Shown here: positions 53,734-64,000 of the stretch, piece after piece
Numbering within the stretch: the stretch's first letter is position 1
Layout of the letters: the number at the start of each line of letters is the position of its first letter
DNA from: Antedon mediterranea
Taxonomy: Eukaryota; Animalia; Echinodermata
Assembly: GCF_964355755.1 (NCBI RefSeq)
Contig: NC_092676.1
Span: forward strand, 24,074,871 to 24,138,870
Length of the DNA stretch: 64,000 bases
Direction: 5' to 3'
The notes under the pieces: generated by a model
The model's database searches: none
Seen by the model: only the letters and a program-made list of their open reading frames with translations
Told to the model about the DNA's origin: nothing
Translations under genes and position numbers: made by a program

Positions 53734-54519
53734 TAAGACGAGATTATTTGGGGAGGGAGAAAGGCAATATGCTCGAGTATGCACGCTAAACTAACCTTCC
53801 AAGTTCCACCAAACTACTAACCGCCTCTGGATACGACATTGTAACGTTGATACCGTTTAAAACTTTAAAATACAAACTATAATTTCTTTACCATCATGTT
53901 CAGTGAACCGCCAGATTCTAAGCTCTCATTATTGAATTAGGCTTGTGTTGTATAAAGGAAAATGTCCAGCCCAGTACCATTATCGTCACAATAAAATCAA
54001 TGGAATTATTTATATCTGACATAGCGTTTCATGTGCTATTATTTTGTGATTGCTTTTAATGTTTTATTTTATTCAATTCGGAAAGAGCACTGTCGACACA
54101 CATGCAGCAACTCCTTGGAGTAAATCATGCTTTGAAATTTTCAATCTAGTTTTCTTTTATTTTTGTAGGATTCGTAAAAAAAAATCAGAATTAGAAGTTG
54201 CTAAAAGCAAAAGTACAAGACTTCGTATAAGCTGGTGTGTCGCATGTACTACATTCTTGGAGTAAAATCATACTTTTAAAATATTCAAAATATTTTTTAT
54301 AGGATTCGTTAGAAAAGAACCGAATGGCATGAGAATAATAGGAATACGTTTTTCTAGACGTAGGCCCTATTGGTGTTTTTTAAAAACAAAATTCGTTCGT
54401 TTTTATTTCACATTTTTGTCACACTTAATAATACAATCATGTACGAATAAATAAAAATAAAAATATCCATCAAATCAATACAAGTCTGACATTTCCGTCG
54501 TAAAGTAGAAAATATAAAC

Positions 54520-55800
54520 CATTTTTGTTTTTTTATTCATCCAATCACGTGCGCAGATTGATGTCGATGTATCTACTTTTGCGCATGTGCACGTGTTTCT
54601 ATGCGCTTTTTGTTTATGTAAATGTGTTGCTATGTGTTTTCCTGGTTTTTGCACATTTGCCTGCCACTCGCCGTGAAAGCGCAAGTTCACGTTTTTCAGG
54701 AGAAGAAAAGTTTAAAAATGTAAGTGATTTATGTAGTTTAGGACCAACTAGCAGTATTTAATCAATAAAAAACATCGTTAAGATAATTTCGGAAGGGCTA
54801 TTCGAAAGAAAATGTAATTTAAGTATACTTTTTTAACACTTTTGTGTATTCAATTCCCCTCCCTCCCTCTCACTTGCCAGTTTTCCGATAGTCTAGTCGT
54901 CGACGATTGTGCGCCGCGTCATAGCATAAAAACAAAAACCGAGTGTAGTTTTATACAATCTGCGCAAGTGCACATGTTTCTATGTTTACGCGTAAACGTG
55001 TTGCTATGTGTGTTTTCCTCGTTTTTGCACATTTTGCATGCCGCTCTCGCTGTGGAAGCGCAAGTTCAAGTTTTCAGGAGAAGAAACTTTTTAAAAACGT
55101 AAGTGCTTTATGTAGTTTAGTACCAACTAGCGGGGATAAAACAATAAAATACAACGTTAAGATAATTTCGGAAGGGCTATTCGAAAAAAAAATAGTAATT
55201 TAGGTATACTTTTTTTACACTTTTGTATATTCAATTCCCCTTCCTCCCTCCCAGTTTTCCGATAGTCGTCGACGATCATGCGCGCACGCGTCATAGCAAT
55301 AAAAACAAAAACTGCGCATGTGCAGTGTTTCTGTATATGTTGTGCGCGTAAACGTGTTGCTATGTGTCTTGTGCTTGTTTACGTCACACACTTTGCCTGG
55401 TATCGATGTGAAAGCGCAAGTTCAAAGTTTTCTGTTGAAGAAAAGTCTAAAAATGTAAGTTATTTTAGTAGTTTGGTACCAACTAGCAGCGATAAAACAA
55501 TAAAATACATCGTTAAGATAATTTCAGAAGATCGTTTTAATTTAATTAATCTAATTTATATACTTTTTTTATTCACTTTTTGTGTATTCTTCCCCGCCGC
55601 CCTCTTCTTTCCTTTTCCGGTTTTCGGGTCGACGGCGGTCATGCGCGGACGCGCGCGTGAGCAATAAAAACGCGGGTGGTTTCGATCGCAAATGTTGTAA
55701 GTTGCTTGGTTACACCTTTTGTTTTGGCAACATTTTGTGAACTGGCCGATTGCCACAAAACAAAGATTTTTTTTTGCCACAGAAAACTGTTAATATGTAA
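54520..55800 (+). promoter_or_regulatory. Tandem array of ~350-380-bp CpG-rich promoter/first-exon-like modules upstream of gene 2
   Basis: Three clearly homologous units plus a diverged fourth. TGCGCA(T/A)GTGCA at 54580, 54961 and 55313; GTAAGT at 54720, 55099, 55455 and 55797. Confidence 0.55.
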
Positions 55801-56352
55801 GTTTCTTCATGGTTTTATTTGTAGCGCAACATACCAATCTGTTTAGAAGCCATTTTTATATTGCATAAGAAAAATATTTCTATGCAAACGCAAACGAAAT
55901 TTAGAGATAACATTTAATAAAGAAATTGTAAATAAGACTGCCTCCGTTTTAGTGAAGGTTCGCGGGCATCGTGCTGCCGCCCCCCCCCCCCCCTCCTGTG
56001 CGCTACGTGCGCGTGTGTGGCTCGCGAATAGTGAGACTAGGCTAGCCCTAGTAGGCTATGGCCACCTCCCTACTGGCTAGGATGTCAATGTTCATTTGCC
56101 TTTTGTTGTTTTTTTTGTCTTAATAAGTGGGAGAAAAAGAAATTGTGTCAGTGTTGCAAACAAAAAAGCAAAAGCATTAATTAATAATAAATAATCAATG
56201 TCAATATATTTTTTGTTGATCAATCATTCCATTAATCAATTTTTATTTAGGTAGTCCATAGGCTACCCAATTTTTAAAAGTCCTAGTACTAGTAGCCTAG
56301 GTTTAACATAAGAGAAAAACCCCAAACTTTGTTTCAGATTTCATAATTAATA

Positions 56353-56537
56353 ATGGCTAAACAAACAAACTCAAAGAAGTCCAAGTCCAGGAGTGCCATG
56401 TGCCAACAAGAGGAGTTTGCATTGTCCAAGACTGCTGTCCAAGGACGCAACTTTGAATGGCCTGGTGACGATAGAGGTGACCAACAACTTGACCAACCAG
56501 AACTGTCAAAACCAAATCTCATAGAAGCTATCAAAAA
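56353..56537 (+). CDS. Uncharacterised 670-aa protein, coding exon 1
   Basis: Acceptor tttcag at 56337, ataATGG start, AA|gtaact donor (phase 2) matching the next exon. Confidence 0.8.
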
Positions 56538-56824
56538 GTAACTTTCCATTTCCTTTTTTTTGTATTTATAACTTCTTTTTTATTTATTCTTTTGTTATTT
56601 CAACAGTAAATGGTTTTGAATTAAAAAGGGCAATAAACAATATATACGTATTTAGAATAATATATGAGGCATATGCCTACTATTTATATATATATTTTTT
56701 TTATTTATTTATATAATTATGTAAGATTAAATTTAAATATAAATTAGTACTTGATCTTCAAAAGATGGTAGTTATTGTAAATATTATAACAGTAAGTAAA
56801 ATTTAAAATCTTGTTTAATTTTAG

Positions 56825-57422
56825 ATTTGATTTGCAAGAGAGTGAGAACCAAGATGACAAGGTTCTAGTAGAGGACATATCAAAAATAAAACAATCTATG
56901 ACTGGTCAACCCGACTCACCTGAAACATGTCCGACAACACGTCGAACTGATGCACGTAATAACCTACTGAAGATGAATGGACATAAGGTCTTCCAAGTTT
57001 CACCACCACGCAAAATACCACGACCACCATCTGCCACAAAGAGTGGCAAGAACACTCCGCAACGATTCGGACGTAGAATTCGATCACCAATCTTGCCTCC
57101 CATCATCAAGGGTATCTCAATCATGGATGCATCGAAAGACGCAGCAGATATCCTTATGCCGACTCCACCTAAAACTCCAAAACCTCAACGACAACGCAAG
57201 GTTTTACTCAAGTCTGAAGCACAAAGTGCAGAGCATGAACCGATTGACAAGAACTGTGCTTTTCCGATTGTCTACAGCCCAACATTTCTGCCACCCTTAA
57301 AGGAGGGAAGTAGGCACATTCTACGGATGGTTGCTGAAGGCAAGAAGGTGCCAAGACTGGGAAAGAGCACTCCACTTACCCCTCTTGATCAACCAAAAGC
57401 CTGTGAAGAACAGCCAACAAAT
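56825..57422 (+). CDS. Uncharacterised protein, coding exon 2 (Pro/Lys/Ser-rich)
   Basis: ttttag acceptor, 199 open codons, AAT|gtaagt donor. Confidence 0.88.
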
Positions 57423-57540
57423 GTAAGTAGAAAGTCACTTGTCTAAAATTATTATTAATATTAACTTTGATATATTGTGTCAATAATCACTATCATTCTA
57501 ATTAGTATTCTAATTAGTTATAATTAATATTTTAATTTAG

Positions 57541-57762
57541 GTTGCCTTGCGTCACATGATCAAGCCAATGAAAGACGTCCATCAAGCATTCAGTGCTCCA
57601 GCTTCTTTGGTTGCCAGTGATGAAGACAAACATCATCCACATGATCTAAGCTTGCTTAAGATCGACACCAGACTATCTGGAGATGATGATTCAGAGGCTT
57701 TTAAACCAATCAGACTATCCAGCTCAATGCACCACAAGAAGGTACTGCGCGCTCTTGACAAG
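57541..57762 (+). CDS. Uncharacterised protein, coding exon 3
   Basis: aatttag acceptor, AAG|gtaaag donor, 222 nt, phase 0/0. Confidence 0.82.
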
Positions 57763-57988
57763 GTAAAGCCCAGAACAATCTTCTATATTCTGTTATTGTT
57801 GGAAATAAATAATATATAATAATATTTTTTAAATAAAAATAATAAATAAGTAACAATTGATAATGTATTAATAATAGAGACCTCACCTTGCCTATCCTCT
57901 TTGTGCCCTATAACACATAAAGCCATGATAAAATTTTATAATAATTGCTTTGATTGATTATTATAATAATAATAATTTAAAAATTTAG

Positions 57989-58103
57989 AACCCACGTGCC
58001 AGTACACACCAAGCAGCAAATGCTACAGAGCTGAGAATGAACATATCAACAAAGAAATTACTACCACCAATTAAGACCAAACCAACCGAAGACGAAGACA
58101 CCG
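57989..58103 (+). CDS. Uncharacterised protein, coding exon 4, NPRASTHQ...LLPPIKTKPTEDEDT
   Basis: aatttag acceptor, G|gtaagc donor (phase 1), open. Confidence 0.8.
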
Positions 58104-58294
58104 GTAAGCTTTAGATTTATAATTTTATTTCACAACAAATAATGTTTCGTCACTCAACAATATTAAATGCAAAAGGGCCAAGCTGGAGTCCCCTTTTTAC
58201 CAGCAATTTGTCAAATGTTCAAGCTTCAAGAACCAACTCACTACTTAAACTTTCAAAATTATGTGTGTTATAAATGTTTGACTTTTTCCGCCAG

Positions 58295-58398
58295 TCCAAT
58301 CTGACGAACTGACTGACGACAGCGGTGAAGGTTGTATTGACTACCTTACAATCACCAAGAGATGCTTCCCTACGATGAATGCCGTCACTGACGCCAAG
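58295..58398 (+). CDS. Uncharacterised protein, coding exon 5, VQSDELTDD...VTDAK
   Basis: tttttccgccag acceptor (phase 1), AAG|gtatgc donor, open. Confidence 0.82.
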
Positions 58399-58519
58399 GT
58401 ATGCATCTTTGAGAGAGGCTAAATATGCAATAATTTAAACATAATTAATAAAAGCATTTTATGTTATAAATTCTAATATTTCAATGGTTAGAATGCCTTT
58501 TTATATTATTTTGAATTAG

Positions 58520-59308
58520 GTGAGAGAAAAGGTTGAGCAGTACCGGGACATTACAGAAGACTCTCTCCAGCGTGTGATGGAATGCTTGGATTTTGACTGC
58601 GTCCTCGAAGACTGGACATTTCCAAATGATAGCAGCCTCTACCGCTCTGTCCTTCTCCGTAACCATGCCCTAAATCATGGCGTAGTTTACCTACTTCACC
58701 AACGTAGAAACGAGATGGTTAGAGATTTACAGATGATGGAGAAAGTCCAAAAATTAGCAAAGAAACAATCCGAAGTTATTCAATTCGAACATCTAGAGAA
58801 TAGTAAGAAGAAACTACTAGTCTTCGACAAAAACAAGAACTTCGTACATAAAGATTACCCGCTGAAGCTTGGCAAGTCTCTGTTATCAGTCCTAGACCGT
58901 AAGACAACTACTACTACTACTAAGAGATTTCAAGAACGACATGTAAAGAGGGAACAGAAGGTAAAGCCTCCGACGAAGGCTTTTAGCCAACAATGCCATA
59001 TTGGCCCACCTAATGGCTTTGTGAATGTACCAATCCGTATCCAGAACCTACCACCAATCAATGTCAGCGGAATCGGTGCAAGACAGATCGTTCACAGAGT
59101 AAGAGCAAGTACCCTGACAGCGCCACCAGCAGGAAAACACGCACCACAACCTCCAACAGCCAAACAAAAGTTTAGGTTTCAACCAATCAAGACCACCAAT
59201 GAGACTATCACCATGAAAACATTCGATCAATCAATTCATGGAACGAAACTGAGCAGCCCCAAGAACTGTGAGCCATCACCTGAGGCTCACGGTAAGCGTA
59301 CGGAGTAA
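58520..59308 (+). CDS. Uncharacterised protein, terminal coding exon (262 codons)
   Basis: gaattag acceptor, phase 0, long open frame to TAA. Confidence 0.88.
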   Translation: MREKVEQYRDITEDSLQRVMECLDFDCVLEDWTFPNDSSLYRSVLLRNHALNHGVVYLLHQRRNEMVRDLQMMEKVQKLAKKQSEVIQFEHLENSKKKLLVFDKNKNFVHKDYPLKLGKSLLSVLDRKTTTTTTKRFQERHVKREQKVKPPTKAFSQQCHIGPPNGFVNVPIRIQNLPPINVSGIGARQIVHRVRASTLTAPPAGKHAPQPPTAKQKFRFQPIKTTNETITMKTFDQSIHGTKLSSPKNCEPSPEAHGKRTE

Positions 59309-59559
59309 TCCGTGCGCTTGGTTTGCAAGGTATAAGGGCCCCAATACCACCAACACCATCACCTTTTGTAGGGTTAATTCTATTTTTCTACTTTATCTTA
59401 AACTTCTTTTAGTAAATTTTCTTTATTTTTTTGGAAACATAATTAATCACTGAAATATAATTAATATATAATATAATTAACTTATTATATCGTAATTTTA
59501 AAAAGATTAACCAATACTAAGTTAAAACGCCTGGCACTTTTTTCAACATCTAAAATTAT

Positions 59560-61190
59560 TATTACAAAACTACTCCTGGTCTGATGCCTAAAAACTTTTA
59601 TGGTAATTTTGAAAAGATTAAGCACTAAGTTAAAACTACTCTTTCTAATCCGATACCTAATGACGTCTGTAGTACACAACTAATATTCCTCATCTGATAC
59701 AAAACTACTCTTTCTCATCTGATGCCTAATATAGTGTCTCTAGTACAAAACAGCTCTTCCTCATCTGATGCCTATTGGTGTCTAGTACAAAACAGCTCTT
59801 CCTCATCTGATACCTATTGGTGTCTAGTACAAAACAGCTCTTCCTCATCTGATGCCTAATGGTGTCTAGTACAAAACAGCTCTTCCTCATCTGATGCCTA
59901 TTGGTGTCTAGTACAAAACAGCTCTTCCTCATCTGATGTCTAATATAGTGTCTAGTACAAAACAGCTCTTCCTCATCTGATGCCTATTGGTGTCTAGTAC
60001 AAAACAGCTCTTCCTCATCTGATGCCTATTGGTGTCTAGTACAAAACAGCTCTTCCTCATCTGATGCCTATTGGTGTCTAGTACAAGACAGCTCTTCCTC
60101 ATCTGATGCCTATTGGTGTCTAGTACAAAACAGCTCTTCCTCATCTGATGCCTAATGGTGTCTAGTACAAAACAGCTCTTCCTCTCCTGATGCCCAATTG
60201 CATCTGTAGTGCAAAACTACTCTTCTTGTCCTGACGCCTAATTGTGTCTAGTACAAAACTACTCTCCTACATATTCATTTCATAACATATTATTGACTTC
60301 ACAACATTTTATAACATAATCATTTGTAGAACGTTCATAACATTCTTTTCTTTAAAAATTCATTTCATAACATATTCATTTATAACATGGCACCCAATGG
60401 TGTCTAGTACAAAACAGCTCTCCTTCTTAACTAACATAGTCACTTCTTAACATATTCATTTCATAACATATTATTGACTTAATAACATTTTATAACATAT
60501 TCATTTTAGAATGTTCAAACATTCCTGTCATAAAAAAATTCATTTTATAACATTCATTTCATAATATATTCATTTATAACATGGTACCCAATGGCGTCTG
60601 TAGTACAAAAACTACTCTTCCTTATCTGATGCAGAATGGCGTCTGTAGTACAAAACTACTCTTGTCCTGATGCCTAATGGTGTCTAGTACAAAACAGCTC
60701 CTCCTCATATGATGCCCAATTGCATCTGTAGTACAACACTACTCTTCTTGTCCTGATGCCTAATGGTGTCTAGTACAAAACTACTCTCCTTCTTAACATA
60801 GTCACTTCTTAACATATTCATTTCATAACATATTATTGACACCGTGCGTCGGTGAGTGGCGTGGTTAGACACATGTCGGGTGTCTACTCTTCTTGTCCTG
60901 ATGCTGAATAGCGTTTAGTACAAAACAGCTCCTCCTCATCTGATGCCCAATTGCATCTGTAGTATAAAACTACTCTTCTTGTCCTGATGCCTAATGGTGT
61001 CTGTAGTACAAAACTACTCTTCCTCATCTGATGCCTATTGGTGTCTAGTACAAAACAGCTCTTCCTCATCTGATGCCCAATTGCATCTGTAATACAAAAC
61101 TATTCTTCTTGTCCTAATGCCCAATGGTGTCTAGTACAAAACTACTCTTCTTGTCGTCCTGATGCCCAATGGCATCTGTAGTACAAACCT
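59560..61190. repeat. 42-bp minisatellite with interspersed ttcataacatatt low-complexity blocks
   Basis: tagtacaaaacagctcttcctcatctgatgcctattggtgtc units. Confidence 0.95.
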
Positions 61191-61194
61191 ATTT

Positions 61195-61695
61195 TTCCAC
61201 CAGTCTCAACTGGTGCTACAAAAGTAGTAAATCAAATTGAACAAAATTTTTTTTTAAATATCACTTATTCTTCTCTTCCATAATTATTCCATTATTTTCT
61301 ATTTCATTATTTTTTTATTTATTTATTTTGTTACTTATTTTTTTATTTCCACCAGTCTCAACTGGTGCTACAAAAGTAGTAAATCAAATTGAACAAAATT
61401 TTTTTTTAAATATCACTTATTCTTCTCTTCCATATTATTCCATTATTTTCTATTTCATTATTTTTTTATTTATTTTTTATTTTCACCAGTCTTAACTGGT
61501 ACTACATAAGTAGTAAATCAAATTTAACAAAATAAAAAAAAAATATCACTTATTCTTCTCTTCCATAATTATTCCATTATTTTCTATTTCATTATTTTTT
61601 TATTTTTTTTTTTTACCAGTCTCAACTGGTACTACCTAAGTAGTAAATCAAATTTAACAAAATAACAAAAAAATCACTTACTCTTCTCTTCTATC
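61195..61695. repeat. ~130-150-bp tandem repeat, 4 copies
   Basis: ccagtctcaactggtgctacaaaagtagtaaatcaaatt...atcacttattcttctcttcc units. Confidence 0.9.
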
Positions 61696-62747
61696 TTTCT
61701 ATTTTCTAACCTACTAATGATTGGTGTGGTGGGGCCCTTTTTTACCGGCTTATGACATAACATCTCATGCTCTGGCTCACGTTTCAACAAATTGTGAAGA
61801 TGGGCTGCAATGGTTTCTCCATCTTAATCGAACACCTGAAACCAAACACCTGCAAAACATTTATAAGGTAAGAAAAAGTCAATTTTATTACTTCATCTAT
61901 GAACAGAATTGAAACATTACTGTGCATCAAATCAGGTCAGCTGTCCAACTAGCGCCATCACTATCTTGTAGACAAACCATCTACCCCCTGTAAGAATAAA
62001 AATCAATGAAATAATAGCATTAATATATTTTTTAATGTTTTTAGAGTAATCCCGATAGTAAACATCGAGGGAATCGAGAACCTACTTGCAGACCCATTTA
62101 GCCAGAGAAGTCCTACAACATCTGAATCGCTATTACGCAAGACACCAAAAAAAAAGAAGTGACAAAACGCTATATTGTCACCTGTCTGAAGAGCAGTTTG
62201 CACAAACACAGTGACATTTTACCGCTAAAGACACCAATATCGGTCGAAAATACGGATACACAGATTTGACATTTACAAACGGATTTGACATTTACCAACG
62301 GATTTGACATACCCCCAATATAACATCGATTAGTGGGGAAGAAAATGCTGATGAAGGCGTTTTATATGGATATGACAATTATCGGAGAAGAAGCGGACAT
62401 TGAAGAGTTTATGATTAGAATCAAGGATTTAAATTAAATTTATAATGCAATATAACGTGTATCGAAACTTATAGTGCAATCATGTTTAAATTAATATATA
62501 TTTTTATTGATGTAATCTGGCTAGCTGATAAAATGATATTTTACTATAATTATGACAATAAATAATGAATGAATGAAATAATATAAACTTTTGTAATAAT
62601 ATATTTTATTGGATTTGAGTAAAATGAACATTTTATCTTAAAATAAACTTTACAGGAATTTATTTTACAATTCAACAACTGATAATAAACTATACATCTT
62701 AAACAAATATGTACAACAAATTAATGAATATTCACAAAATTATAAAT

Positions 62748-63110
62748 GAATAATTCACAACACTATGAATATTCACAACACTATGAATATTCACAACACT
62801 ATGAATATTCCCAACACTATGAATATTCACAACACTATGAATATTCACAACACTATGAATATTCACAACACTATGAATATTCACAACACTATGAATATTC
62901 ACAACACTATGAATATTCCCAACACTATGAATATTCCCAACACTATGAATATTCACAACACTATGAATATTCACAACACTATGAATATTCACAACACTAT
63001 GAATATTCACAACACTATGAATATTCACAACACTATGAATATTCACAACACTATGAATATTCACAACACTATGAATATTCACAACACTATGAATATTCAC
63101 AACACTATAT
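62748..63110. repeat. 18-bp minisatellite, about 20 copies
   Basis: actatgaatattcacaac units; explains the three overlapping repetitive ORFs. Confidence 0.97.
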
Positions 63111-64000
63111 TTAAAATGAATATTCAAAACTTAATGAATTTTTATATGTCATTTAACAATTTGTTTTTACTAGTTTAATAAGAATTACTACATCGAATAA
63201 AGACATTTTGATTGTAATGATGGTGGGATTTAATATGGAGGCGGTACAAAATTTAATTTAAGATTTAAAGTATAGAACATACAATTCCAATGTAGTATAG
63301 ATTAGCAATTAATTAATAAACATCTTAATGTTGATAGCAAACAGTGGGTAAACCAATAAATACTGGGTTTATTGAAACAATGAAGGTAAGCAATTGAATT
63401 AATAATCTGAGGTACTGACCTACAGTATAGGCCTATACAGTACCATTTCTAAGAAATACTATTTATCAAGTATAGGAATAAACAAGATAATTAACATTAT
63501 CATGTTCAAATTAGACTGAAAGTACTGTCTGTGAGTGGGGCATGCCACCACCAACTAAGTACAAAATAAAGTCTTCAATTCTAAAATCAGACAAGACAAT
63601 ACAACTTTATCCCTTTAATAATGTTTACTGTTAGTTCTATGTACTAGTAAAATTCATACTATTAAAAAAGGCACAACTATTTAATATAACTTAATTTCAT
63701 AAAATAGATATACTCATCTTTAAACCATAACCAATCTGTTAAAATATATTAATTTGTTTAAAAATAATTAATCTGGTTTTAATACAATAACTGGCAACAT
63801 TAAACACTTACAATTAAACAAGTACATCCCTGAAATAAGTATTTAAAACATTTGTTCAAGAGTAGAAACAAGGTTGAAGATTTAAATTTAAGGCCAATAT
63901 ATCTCAATATATAAACATTTTTACAAAGGTGTTTTTTGTTTTTAACATTTCATTCCCATGACTTTATTTTGGCAGTTGCCCAGCTTTGACAACTTTAACA

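Noticed and set aside
59560-61190. CRISPR-like array or MRKSCFVLDTNRHQ repeat protein
   Set aside because: Head-to-tail 42-bp units without unique spacers, no cas genes, eukaryotic context; the ORFs are artefacts of a unit length divisible by three.
62732-63178. Three overlapping repetitive ORFs (EYSQHY, MNIHNT, VNIHSV)
   Set aside because: Simple 18-bp minisatellite open in several frames, with no splice or promoter support.

Overview
AT-rich eukaryotic (invertebrate animal, probably a non-vertebrate deuterostome) genomic DNA, not prokaryotic. Positions ~1-48024 hold most of a + strand liprin-alpha (PPFIA/syd-2) gene. Seventeen phase-consistent GT-AG exons from 15440 to 48024 encode about 1150 aa: coiled coils, three SAM domains and a C-terminal YSC PDZ ligand. 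I could not find the canonical first coding exon, which probably lies upstream of the window. The introns carry candidate alternative first exons, frame-preserving cassette or micro-exons next to a TGCATG (Rbfox-type) cluster, about 16 copies of a Harbinger-type MITE, tRNA-derived SINEs, and P/Galileo-like elements or footprints with 7-bp target duplications. A second gene at 56353-59308 has six coding exons and encodes a 670-aa low-complexity protein with recurring LPPI-like motifs that I do not recognise. It is preceded by a tandem array of ~350-380-bp promoter-like modules, each ending in a GTAAGT donor, and followed by several minisatellites. All calls come from reading the sequence by eye; no database searches were run.
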